DNA of 64,000 bases from Pinctada imbricata (lineage: Eukaryota). Numbering within the stretch: position 1 is the stretch's first letter; the number at the start of each line of letters is the position of its first letter. The notes beneath the pieces were generated by a model that saw nothing but the letters and a program-made list of their open reading frames with translations, did no database searches and was not told the DNA's origin. The DNA lies in assembly GCA_033119305.1 (NCBI GenBank), contig VSWD01000013.1, positions 8,623,032 to 8,687,031 of the forward strand. Reading direction: 5' to 3'. Below are positions 10,127 to 22,836 of the stretch, piece after piece. The translations under genes were made by a program, and so were the position numbers.

Positions 10127-13100
10127 TGTGTTATATTTGATCTTGTCGAATCATAATCTGAAAATATACAAAACAAAGTCACAGTGATGATTACCTCAGT
10201 ATGTAAAAATATCAGAAATGACTTAAAAAGAGGCTAAACTGTCATAAAATACAAAACCTTAGCTATAATGATACAATTAGGTATAAAAGTAACGGAAATC
10301 AGATAAATATCGAAGATAAATCACCACTGAAGTAAGTACTCTAAACATGCTAAAGTAAGAGGAATGAAGTAAAGGGTCTAAGTCAAATTTCTGTTCAACA
10401 AATACATTCATTTAGAATATTGTAGAATATTTGTACCAATACATAGATTATGTAGATGCTCTTTTAAGGAGATACTATTTTTAAACATGTTTGACCCTAA
10501 ATAAGCGACCTTGACCTTTAAATGTGACCTTGACTCTCATTGGGTGTCATCATACATGTATATGCACAAGATTGCCTCAGCAAGCTTGTTGGATTTATGA
10601 AGTACATAGCCATTTGTAAAAGTATGACTACCATGCCACTACCTAACATTACACCAATCACAGTGATCACTGTATGGTGACCTTGTATTGCAGGGAAATA
10701 TAACGACGTAGCTATAACAAATTGATATCTCTACACTAGATGAAATACAGCATTGTCAGATTTCTTCATTCTTTTTGCTTGAAGGGTGAGGGGAAGGACA
10801 GGGGGATACCCCTCCAACCCCCTTACCTCCCTCCCTTTCACTCTGTCCACGCATCTTGAAGAAATACTGCATTTTCAAGATCTAAAAGTGTATCTCAGAA
10901 TATCAATTGCCCATATTACATCTGAACAATTATAGTATGTATCCGAGATCAAAGGAAGGCTATTAAAGTTGGGGTACTAAAGAGACTACATTAGAGGAGT
11001 GATTCCAGTTCAGGCATCCTGACTCCTACACCTATTGATCTTGGTCTCATTAAAATCAAATTTGATTAGGATAATGGCTGAATAGATAAAAACACGTTAT
11101 AATTTCTCTCTGTTCTTCAGAATTTCAGTATACACACAGGACTGACTCAAAGACAGCTTTGTCACTTTAGCTGCCTCCGTTTTCAAATTATGTGCCTAGC
11201 AACCTATACAGTAACTAGTTTCTTCCCTTTTTTTAATGTATAAAGTTGATTTTATATGTATTTTTTGAATTACTATGAAACTGACAAAGTCAGAGAGGGT
11301 TTCGCTTGGCACCTTTATACACTTATATACAAAGTTTTTGTTCTGTGTGGGACATGATCAGAACAATATTGTAAGAATTACCGTAATTACTCCTAAAACT
11401 AAGATCCAGCAACAACTCAAAATGCAGCTTGTGCTGTACAACAACATTTATCTGGCTAAAATGAACAGAAATATTACACTGACCTGGATAAGATGTGAAT
11501 AGGCAATATGGATCAACTCAGTCCTCCAATGTGGCAGTGTAACAGGCAGAAACTGAAAACAGAAAGAACACAATGTTTTTACCAAAATTTTTCGTTTATA
11601 ACAGTGTTATTATGAAATTAATAGCAAGACGGAGCAAATGTCAAGAAGTATTTTTGAACCAGAAGTCCATGTCCATGACTCAAGCTCAACTGGAAGATTT
11701 TTTTTTATTGTCTTTATTTTCTACTTTTATATTGTTCTACATGTTCTAAGACTTCATTTAAAGGACTTTATACTTCTGCTGAAATTTTGAATGGCGAATG
11801 AAAAGGGCTTCAAATTTGGTGTCCGCGTCTGAACAATCGACCGATATTCGAAAGGTCACACTAGTTGTCAAAGTTTATGTGATTAGGTTCCAAACTTGAC
11901 CAATTGCATTCAAGCAGAGCGATATGTAACGTGTTATCATATCATATATTTATGAAATGGCTTCACGAAACTGCATAACGGGTGTATCATGTGATAAATA
12001 TATATAAAAGGTGTTTTTGTTATGGGTATGCAACTGTATATGCATGCACACAGCAATTTCGTGCATTTAATGATTTGCCACATGAGCCATGAAAATAAAT
12101 GCACTTGGACTCAAATACTGATAATTTACGAGCTCTTCAATTCATTAAAAAAATCTCTAAATGAATTATAGAGCTCCTTAATTCAATTTAGCGGCCCACT
12201 TCCACTTAATTTGCGATCGATCTTTTTAAAAACCGCTTGGATTCTCATCAGGCCTAAAATAAAAATAGAGGTGTTTCGACTAACCCGACCTTACCTGCAA
12301 AAATACGCCGACCCTAATTTTTTTTCGCCGAAAAAAGTAAAATTTTCGTTTTTCGTTCTTTTTCCATGCTTTATTTGACGACTGCCGAGATATTTTTTTT
12401 TTTCAAAAATTCGTGTATTAATTGATTTAATTGCCACGAAAATTACCTGGCTTAAACTAGCCCTTGCAACGCGACGTGTCAAACGTTTTGTAGCCAGGAA
12501 GATTGTATTTAATTTACAAATGTACCTGACAAACGACTGACACGTCGTCAGTTTTCTCATTTTATTCTTATTCCCCTCTTTGTCTCCCAACTTATAGAGC
12601 TAAATAATCGGGGGAGGGAATACTTATTTGCTATAATTTACAAAATTCACAAGCATTGAGGTCCCGTGAAATAAAATGATCTCATTTATTTCACCCGTAT
12701 CACGCGCCGTCTCTAATTTGGTTCCGGCTTTTTTAGCGAAGGATATATTGCCACTCTTTTTTTCTGATGATCGTTTCAAATTGTTATTTCTGTCGATCAG
12801 CTTCCAAGAGTACACCGTTGTTGCATACAACAATGTACGTATTTGTGTACACGATGAACATGTAAGCATCTACATTTTGTATGTAAAAGGAACGTAAATA
12901 GATGTTTGTGAACGAAAAGAAATCTCCCAAAATCGTTTACTCAGAGAAAATTCGAGGCGCCTTTGGTCAATCGAAGTGGCGGTATTTCGCCGGGTGCCGG
13001 CTCTTATTGAAATCCCTGAGTAGGCAAAATTTCCGATTTCTGAACTGACAGTAAGACACTTATTCTCTATGTACAAGGAGCAACTGCCAATTTGAAAAGT

Positions 13101-13814
13101 CTACTGTCATAAATGATATGAGAACCCCTATTGAGGGCCCCTTGCTGTGTCAGTGTGTGCACTTTACACACACAACAAAACACTGCAGGGTGTGCACACT
13201 AATAAGTGCCATAAACAATCTGTATCTAACTGTCATGATACAAATGTATACCTATGTGAAACATTGCACAATGACTTATAAGTTGACAACCTATGATATA
13301 TTGATTTATCTATAATTCAACTGTGTATCTACACGTATACGACATTCTCCAGGGCACATCCAATGAAAAATGACTAAAAAGCTAAAGGTTTGTGACGGTA
13401 AATTGCGACGCCGTCTGTTGCAAAAGTGTTGTTGACCTGCAAAATTTTCTTTTTTATATTTAGAAACTGAAAGAGAAAGAGCAAATTTACCTCCTCTATC
13501 GTTTTGCATCGATGTTTTGCATTCGATGTACAACCTCCTGCCTGCACATGTTTAAAGCATCTCATTGAAGCCGAAGAAATAACTTCCTGTTTGTCATTCG
13601 GAACCCCTCGCCCTTTAATCGTACCTTCTATTTTTGTAAGAAAAGGTTGAGGGTGTTCCGAATGCCTGTTTGTATCTCGTCTATTTCCGCATTGTATTCA
13701 AACGCAGAAATGATTCATGTGCATGAAAAAATTAGGTCGAGAGGGCCTGTGTAGCTCACTTGATGCCCAACGTTTTATTCTAGATTTTCTGCAGGATTTG
13801 GGGATTAACAGTAT

Positions 13815-14232
13815 AGTTTCCTAATATGAGGGGGTGGGAGGAGGGAGGGAATGAGGAAAAATGGGAGGAAGGGGGCGGGAGGAGAGAAAAATGGGGCGGG
13901 AGAAGGGAGGTAAGGGAAGGGTGAAAAGGAGGGGAGAGGAGGGGTCGGGAGGGGGAGGTACGGGGGTGGGAGGGGGAGAGAAGTACCCCCTCCCCCCTAA
14001 TATGACATGATCGAGATAGCCGAGAAAAGATAAATGCATGTATTTAAAATACGTTCACTAACATGTGATCCATTCCACAGAATTTTGTAATGTGATATTT
14101 ATTCCTGGGGGGGGGGGGGGGGGTGTACGTACCACTCTCCCACTCCTGCCCCCTTCCTCTCCCTCCCGCCCCATACCTCCATCCTCCCACCCCCTTCCTC
14201 CATTTTCCCTCCCCCTTCCTCCCTCCTCCAAG
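13815..14232. repeat. imperfect inverted pair of GGGAGG-type low-complexity blocks (G-rich 13815-14000, C-rich 14130-14232) around a (G)17 run at 14107-14123
   Basis: GGGGGTGGGAGGAGGGAGGGAATGAGG... versus ...CCTCCATCCTCCCACCCCCTTCCTCC. Similar GA-rich blocks recur at 10780-10850, 14960-15070, 30011-30200 and 60360-60720. ORFs 13821..14039, 14044..14235 and 14065..14247 are low-complexity translations. Confidence 0.7.
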
Positions 14233-16791
14233 CAATACTTTAATTAAGATGTATACCCTGTATCTCTAAATCCGCCACTGCTTTGGCAATGCTAGAAAAA
14301 TACAGATTGTTTTCAACAAGTTAAATTTAATCCAATTTTTGACGATTACAGGTTCTACAACTTTAATTATTTTAAATCAAACGTCCTGGTGCTAAAGGGA
14401 AATATGACAATACACTCAAGTCTTATAAAAGGCCTTAAAACAGTGGACATTGCTTTATTAGTGTTCATTAATAATTTACTTAACTGTTACTTATAGTATA
14501 GTATAGTTTATTATCAGCCTCGTGTTCCTTGCCCCTGGCGAGCGAGATCGGTTGGCGCGTTCTGTGAATCATTAGACACGGTCCATTTGATATCCGGGGG
14601 GGGGGGGGGCGCTCGGTTTTTGGATAATCATGTTAGCTAGTCTTTCAAGACAAATTTTAAACATAAGAAGTGTACATCGGTGCATTTCTGAAATTATTTA
14701 AGTCATTTTCCTATTTTTAACTTTGAGATAAGAATATTCCTGTTTAGATGAGAAACTGTGGCGAGCGAAGCGAGCTGAATTTTTTTGAAAATGTTTGAAA
14801 ACTGCGGCGAGCGAAGCGAGCCGGAAAATTTTTAACGAACAAATTATAGCTGATTTTGTGATAATTCTTCAAACTGAGATTATATATTTGACCTCATAAT
14901 AGCAAGATTATTTATATCTTTAAAAGTTATCTCCTGATTTTTTTAGTTACTGTTACATACCTCCCCACAATGTCTCTCTCTCCTTCCTCCCTCAGCCTTC
15001 CTCCCTCCTCCTGCCCCTTTCTCTCCCCCTCCCTTTCTCCCCCTCCCTTTCACCCTGTCCACCCCTCATTCATGTAAGCTAACGTTCGATATAATTACTG
15101 TAAATCATTGAAATGTTTGAATCATGAGAAAATATCCCTCAATCAGAGCTTAGATGTTTGAAGCATAGTTGGAAAAAATATTATACATGATATTCACATA
15201 CTTCTGTTTTAAAGAAAATCAGTGTTTATATAAGTGAAAAAGAGTAAAACATCAACAATTTTCATAACCACATTCAGGTAAACAAAGACTTGCGATTGCT
15301 ATCAATTATAAATCCTGGACATTGGAAGGTTCCATTGAGATTACAGGATGCTGGTACACTACATGACCTTGAAGCCATAGGAAGAGGAATGTGTCATGCT
15401 CTTCATAGAGCCAGATTAAACTACCTTGAAAATATTACATAAATGACCATTATCCAATACATGAAAATTCCAGCAACACCTGTAACCTTGTTAATTAGTC
15501 TCAATATCTTGAGTATCAAATTTTAAAATTTATTAAATTTAATTTTTAAATGCTTCCCCCCCCCTCATTTCTTATATAAATAATGCAACTATTCTGGTAT
15601 TGGTTCCCCTGGTAACGGTTATCTTACCCCCTAAGCCTTTATTTCCAACAGTACGTAAATATTTGAAAATATACGAACTGTATAAACATAAAATCCCCTG
15701 TAAATTAAAAAAAAGCTATTGAAACCACAGATTTAGTGTAAATTATTACTAATAGTAAATCACTCTGGGAACTGGTTATACGCACCTGGATTGGAAATTT
15801 TACTATCAAGTATATTTTTATCACAAGCAAAATTTTTTTAAATCAAAAAAAAAAAAGAAAAGAAAAGAAATTCAAATACAAAATTTAAAATTATTTTAAA
15901 CTTTTAATTGTTTCAGCTTTACAGTGAAACTGTATCTTTTAACCCAAATGATCTTAAGATACATAGATTCTTTTAAAGTAATTAATTAAACTTCAAATCC
16001 CCACTTTTAATATTTTACACTGTGATAGGAAAATTTTCATAATGAAATTTCACAACTTATGTAGATGGAGTAAGGATTAGGTTTATGAAAGATGTTTTAC
16101 TCTTTTTCGCGTACAGAAAGGACTGTGGAAAAAGTATTATGGACGAGGAAAAAATGTTCCATAAGAAAAAAAGTCCAGTGAATTTTGATTATAGTAGTAT
16201 TCCTTCCAGAAGGAAGAAAATATTCGTCGATATGCGGAAGAAAAGTTCGTTCACTCTTTGGCTACGCCACTGGAATTTTGATATCGGACTCTCTATCTAC
16301 GTTATAGGTTTTCTTCTTTCTCCAGTGCTCGTTCCTGATTGGCTATTTCGCGCCATCTGATCACACCCACGGGAACCAGGTAGACAACGCCGGTGCACGA
16401 CTTGCAAAATTACTGTCTGAAGATCATTTTCCTTAATAGCAAAGTCTATTGTGATATTGTTGTGTAAGTAAGCTACAGTTTACATCGAAGTATTAAATTG
16501 TTGAAAAGTGGCACAATGTCATGACGGATGAGGCCACAAAAATAGCATGAGGCGTTCAGGATCAGGATACTGTACATGGTACTGCATATTGGTCTGTTGG
16601 TAGTAAAACACTACAATGAATTGAATTACTAGTCAGACTTGTGCAGACTTGTGACGATGTTATCTGTTTTTTCATACACCGTCGTAGACCATGTGTGCTA
16701 TGGTGATTTCTAACTTAATGAAGATGGTAAGGAAGGCTCAACTTACCAAAATCTAAGTAGAGATGACCGCCAAATGTAAGCTGTAATCAGG

Positions 16792-19700
16792 GGTTGCCAG
16801 AGGTTTCGGACAAAAACCAGTTCGGACTCGAGAGGTTTCGGACAAAAACAAGTTCGGCCTCAGAGGTTTCGGCCTTCATTTATTTTTGACTGCCAAAGGA
16901 CTTCAGTGGTTTCGGACAAAAACAAGTTCGGCCTTAGAGGTTTCGGCCTCATTTATATCTACGGATACACCGTGCATGACTGGCAAGTGCAGCTCGGTGG
17001 GTTTAAATAAAGAACTCTAAAGAACCCTAAAGAACTCTAAGAACTCTAGGTTTTATATGAATGTGGGCTGGTAAATTGAGAAAATATTTTGATATTCAGA
17101 TAGATGAAGATGGTAAGAACATAAAAAATATATAGTTTATGGGGGTTGAGTTGTAGGAAATATCTTTAATGTAGAGTGAAAGTTTTTGGATTTTCGTATC
17201 GGCGCGCGCTTGAGACGCCATATTGGAACATGTTTACCTGTTACAAATGTTTAAAAGTAGCCTATTTCATATTTGATTTCTCACGAATTTGAATAATTCT
17301 TAAACTATTATCAATACTTCAGGAGCTGGTTTATTGCATGAGGAGTTTAAAGACCAAAAAATAATATTGGACGATGAGTTTTACTATTATTTTGTCATGA
17401 TCATTTCTTTGATTTGTATGCGGCGCGGCATATTTTGATATTGATTAAATGTTTTCTTGGTTTCTTATAAGTCTCATAATTATGATAATGATGCTAATAA
17501 TCTAATAAATAAGTTTATAAAAGTTTACAAGAAAACATACAAATAATACGCAATTGTAGCAGAATTGCATCTTTTGCTGATATCAAATGTCGTTGCCATT
17601 GAAATCAACAAATCTATAATTGAGTAGATTTTACACATTTTCTGGACAGTTTCAGTTTCTACGTTATAAATTACCCTTTGTCCACATTTTTGTCTATAAC
17701 TTTTACAGCAGTTTAGATATGCTCAACATACCAAATTTCCAATGAATAATTTACAGTACATTAAGGTATCCATTGTACAATAGAGTCATTTTACATAGCG
17801 TTTTAATCATCTCCATTGTAAAGTATGGCAAATTTTATGCCTGGTAAGGTACTATAAACTATATATTTTTTGAAAGGTAATGATGCCCTGGGTACAGCTA
17901 TAAGACTCCTGGGTCTTAAAAATCAAAGGGGAAAAACTCTTGTACAACTTTGTCATTTTGCATAGGTTATATTGAGAAAATAGACAATTTAAATGCTTCA
18001 CCAGTTATTCCCCTTTATTTTTCTGACCCCAAAATTATTATTTTTGAGTAGTGGGCATTATAACCTTTCAGAAAATATATAGTTTATAGTACCTTACCAG
18101 GCATGGGAAAATGCCCTATTGTACATCGGATACCTTAAGACCAAACTTTCAGCCATCTATCCTGTATTTTTTGCGTCCACGTATGGGCAGCTTCGTTTTC
18201 AGCTTTGTTGGTATTAGGGAAGGCAATTGACATTTCTGTACAAGTTTTATTACTTCAATTTGTACCCATTGACTGACTACTTTAAAAAAATGACATGATA
18301 ATTTTACGGAAGAACGCATACACTAGTACCTTTACGTAGATAAGATACGTTACAAGTGGACGATGGAGATTTAAATCTCAGGCGCAGAACGAGCTTGACC
18401 AGCGGAGAGGGGTTTCCTTGAATCACAAGGTTATGATTTTGAAAAGTTTTTGATTTTGAGATCAATTAAGGTTTTAAGGTTTTACAAAATTTTTGGTGTC
18501 TTTTTCCTCCGCTCGCACATAAGGCTTTGCCTTGATTCATATTATTGATTTCTATAGGAATATGTAGCGTAGCCTTGAATGCGTAGTAATATCTTGGTAG
18601 CGTGTCTATCTTAGACAATCTTTAAACTTGTCGTCCCAGACGACTAAGTCACTGTAAAGTATTGGTACCACTCGTCCCAGACGAGAATTCAAGCCATCCC
18701 AGACGACAAAGTATTCAATTCATACTCGTCCCAGACGAGAATTATCCAAGTGTAGTTGAAATGAAACAAAGTTATAAAGTTAATATTATATTCACACTAT
18801 GTACAACATCACAAAATAAATAAATCCAAGAGAAGCACAAGTAACATGTTATCCTAGCATCACAATTCAACTAATCTGATATTCATAAAACGGGGCTCTA
18901 TTTATACTCTCACTCAGGGATTGACCCGAAGTAAACAAAGGTCGCGGCCTCTGATTGGTCAATTGGAATGATCGGCCAATACATACATAATTAACTAGGG
19001 ATCGACCTTTCTATGAATACTAATTAGGCTATGAAACAACGATATAATTAAACTGATAAATAAAGCAATTAAATGTAGTAATATGGCAATTATTACGATC
19101 AAATATGAAAGTTAAGATATTAAAGATAATTACTGCAAACAAAGGTAAACAAATAATTATGTACAAACAACGTACAAAAGAGATCGGCCGCCATATCTCG
19201 CATGTAAACAAACATGTATACAATGCATTTCAATACTTTTCTACAAATAATACAAGTTCTGACCCAAATATTAGCAAAATTATACAAAACAGATAAAAAA
19301 TCACTTCAGATTCTGATGGGGTGCCAGTTAGATACACATTTTACGAAGAATTTTTTTTTAATTTCCATTTTCAAAATCCAACTTTTCAGGGCTGATTTTA
19401 CGTCTGACCACTTGATCTATTTGAAAAAAGAAATATACTTGTAATAACGCAATGGAATATTCAATATAGTTCTAAAACAAAATACTGTCCATAAAGCTAG
19501 GGAAAAGGAGGTTTCTGATCATTCTAATAAAAAAAATCCATTTTTAACAAATTGAAAAGTTTGAACAAAACCCATCCGTCCATTCATGAATTATCAACCC
19601 GGACCACCACTTTAAGTGTGCACCGTTCAACATCGTTATTTCTATATTATTACTATTAATATTTGAAATACCAAGGAATAGTTCAAAGTTGAAACGCCTA

Positions 19701-19827
19701 TGGGCCGAACTTGTATTTGTCCGAAACCTTTTCCCCGACAATTGAGGCCGAACTCGTTTTTGTCCGAAATCTCTTGTCCGAAACCTCTCGAGTCCGAACT
19801 GGTTTTTGTCCGAAACCTCTGGCAACC
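16792..19827. mobile_element. 3,036-bp non-autonomous DNA transposon with perfect ~50-bp TIRs and a perfect 8-bp target-site duplication (hAT-like by TSD length)
   Basis: Left end GGTTGCCAGAGGTTTCGGACAAAAACCAGTTCGGACTCGAGAGGTTTCGGAC. Right end ...GTCCGAAACCTCTCGAGTCCGAACTGGTTTTTGTCCGAAACCTCTGGCAACC, the exact reverse complement. It is flanked by TAATCAGG at 16784-16791 and 19828-19835. No long ORF lies inside. The interior carries (TCGTCCCAGACGA)x4 at 18630-18740 and a nested MITE. Confidence 0.85.
17765..18135. mobile_element. 371-bp foldback MITE nested inside the hAT-like element, flanked by TTAA on both sides (piggyBac-type target duplication)
   Basis: Left GGTATCCATTGTACAATAGAG...; right ...CCCTATTGTACATCGGATACC (reverse complement GGTATCCGATGTACAATAGGG). 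The arms pair over ~65 bp with one 45-bp insertion in the left arm. TTAA at 17761-17764 and 18136-18139. Confidence 0.7.
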
Positions 19828-20879
19828 TAATCAGGTAGCTGTAGAACAATTGGTACGTCTTGTCGAGGCGAAGATCTGGCATAAACTAAACTTGTAAGTG
19901 GCGGGAAATCGTAGAAACCCGAAGAGTTCCGAGTGTTATAGCACTATCAAATTTACCAGTTAAAAACTGTCTCCCACAAAGAGAGACAACTCATACGTTT
20001 TTTCGTCTTCTCTCAAAAAAATTGATAAATCATATGCTTGAATTCTCCAATAAAATGAAAAGATTGGATTATTGCACGATGAAATGGGATAATTTCTACT
20101 GAAATAAAAATTCTCAACATTTTATTACACAGATTTAGCCTAAAAAACGTCTGTTTCTTGCCAGCATTAGTATTTAAAGCAGTTGACACCATCGTTCCCC
20201 TTTCTGACACCTGATGAAAAAAATAGACAAGATCCGTTGAAGTGTCAAGGTCACTCATGATTTTTTTCATCGTCATCAAAAAATAGAACAAACTCAAAAA
20301 AATTGATTTATGACACGAGGCAGATGGTTTCTATGCAGCTAAAATGTCACTTCCGGTCTGTAAATATGCATAAAAATGAACTTACCTTGATCGTTTCAAA
20401 GGAACTATTTTTTTGATATCAACAGGAAGAGTCACTTGATATTAGTACGCTTTGATAAAAATAAATCTTTCTGTTCGATGCCTCTCTTGCATCTACTTTA
20501 GTCAAGTGGACAGCACACAAAAGATATTCACAGGGACCCCGTGGGGCCCCTGCTGAAGCGCGGGAAACCCCGAACATTCGGAAATTCGAGGAGACGGTAA
20601 ATTTGATAGTGTATAGCAGGTCGTTTCGTCTACAAACTATTCGATCCTCACGACACTCTTCCCCATCATAGAAGGTTCCCCTGAAGTAACTGCATTATGT
20701 AAGTAAAACTGCTTGGCAACTACATAAAAACTGCTCGGCAACTGCATCGAAACTGCTAGGTAACTATATCAAAACTGCTATGTAACTGCTAGGTAACTGC
20801 TAGCACTAGATATACGCTACTGTATGTAATATACAGAACGTTAGTGCAACAGGTTCGTTTGGTTGGAAGTTTATTTTTT

Positions 20880-22560
20880 GAGGAATATTGTGCCCTGCAT
20901 TCTTCAAATCAGCTCATCAATTTACTAAACTTTACCTAGGCATGGATAATTTTAACTGTTACTGTTTTAAAACTTGTAAATCCACGAACATTTGTTTTTG
21001 TCTCAGTTCTAAACAGAAATGTCTGCCATTTTTCCAGATGTGCAAAATCCGATCAATTTGACCGTTGCACATTTCAATCTGTATAAACCTCTCCTTTGTT
21101 GGTGCTCTCACCCTATGGGATCATATATTTCGCATGTACTGGCATTATAAACCTGAAAATGAAAAAGAAAGAACTTGGAACAGTTAAATGAATGATTTGT
21201 ATACGTTGCCCAGAGATTAATCTACAATTTAATCTTAATGGGTCCTCTGGACCCAATGAAACTTGGCCAATGGGTCCCCAGCCAAAACAATGGGTCCCAG
21301 CAGAAACTAATGCGTCCCAATCTCTACAAACCTTCTTTTTTCGCGGCGTTTTAAGTTCACGAATACAAGTGAGCTTACCAGCTCGTGGCGTTTTATGTCC
21401 TTGGATCGTTATATGTTCCATAAAATAACGTGTAAACTTCAACCTAATTTTGCCGACTTAAGTATATTGATTGTTTATTTAGTTAGCGATGCTTCGTACA
21501 TGTAGTAAAACGTTATCCAAACAAACAAATTCTATACGGTATCAGATCTGCCAACCTGTTCACCATAAGTGCAATATTTTGTTCCAGAAAGTGTTATTTT
21601 AGGGACTAAAGCGTAATATAAACCACAAAATTAATGTCATTTTGAGAGAAAAAAAAAAACAACGTCGACCTGTACATAGCTCTAAGTCTGTTTCGACAAT
21701 TGTTACAAATTTTAAGCATTAATGCGTTTGCCGAACGATATGGAAAACATTTGTTACATGAAGCAATAAAAAATTTGAAAATAGCTGGAATTATGTAGCA
21801 AAAGCGTAAGGCGTAATTAAAGGTTGAAAATCGTAAAAATTACGTCACAATCGTAAAAGTATGCAGGTCTGCGGTATACAAAGACGGTACGCTTATTGTA
21901 TGAATTAAATTGTTTCAAAAGATTGATAAGTTTGAAAGAATTTGTCATAAATATATTATATATTTTACATCTGAATCCGAATGATATAAAATAAGATTGA
22001 CTCGCGTCGGACTGCATATTACTTTTAATTTAAGAATTATAAAATATTGCTCCGCAACGATTTCTCACACGATAATACCACAGATCTGTTAGGTTTAAAA
22101 GAGCTGTCAAAATATAAACAAGAGACAGTACTGTAAATAGTAAATACACTTTCTCGACTTTGAATGTTTAATTCAAAAGTAAACATGAACTAAAACGGAC
22201 GCATTATACAAAAGTGAACAATGCGCACAGTGGGACGCAGCGATCGGAAATCAATGGGTCCTGGGCGATTTTTATGCGTCAGAGACGCAGGACGCAGAGG
22301 TAGATTAATCCCTGGTTGCCTTGTTTCGACCTTGATCCCTTGGGGTGAGTGCTCCTACAAAAGAGAGGTGCTTTCCCATTGAAGTATGCTTAGGTCAAAT
22401 TGACTAGATATTGTACATCCGGTAAAATGGCAGTCATTTATGTTTAGAACTGGGTCTAAAACAAATGTGCATGGATTAACAAGTTTTAAGACATTAACAG
22501 GTAAAATTATCCATGCCTAGGTTATGCTTAGACCACAAGAGAGTCGTCTTGAAACAAATG
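20880..22560. repeat. large composite inverted-repeat structure (~250-bp arms at ~85% identity, ~1.2-kb interior), bordered on both sides by (AACTGCTAGGTAACT)n microrepeats (20690-20810 and 22680-22720)
   Basis: Arm 20925-21030 TACTAAACTTTACCTAGGCATGGATAATTTTAACTGTTACTG... is the reverse complement of 22425-22530 ...AAATTATCCATGCCTAGGTTATGCTTAG. Arm ends CTCACCCTATGGGATCA (21125) and TGATCCCTTGGGGTGAG (22336). The interior carries AATGGGTCCC motif repeats. ORF 21113..21442 is not credible. Confidence 0.6.
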
Positions 22561-22836
22561 GGATGTATAATATTTTTCTTATAGCAAATAATTTGTGCAC
22601 ATACATGTCTGCGCTCACCTTCCCGTGAACATTACCGTTTTCACCAAAGCGATGATATTTAATACATCGCTTTTGCATCTAAAGCTAGGTAACTGCTAGG
22701 TAACTGAATGGAAACTGCTCAACAACAACACAACATATTTACATAGTTAATATAAAGGTATTTACATTGGTTAGAATCATTAGGTAAATTCTGAACCACT
22801 AACTGTGTATTTACACTATAACATGTCCCATCTGGT

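Noticed and set aside
13821-14247. Pro/Gly-rich small ORFs (also 60353..60664 and 60368..60628)
   Set aside because: Translations of GGGAGG/CCTCCC low-complexity DNA. They are symmetric on both strands.
19836-20625. Possible additional MITE next to the hAT-like element (inverted TATAGCACTATCAAATTTACC ... GGTAAATTTGATAGTGTATAGC, 640 bp apart, plus direct GCGGGAAA..CCCGAA..TTCCGAG similarity)
   Set aside because: Only ~20-bp inverted match with mixed direct and inverted similarity and no TSD. Too weak to call as a separate feature.
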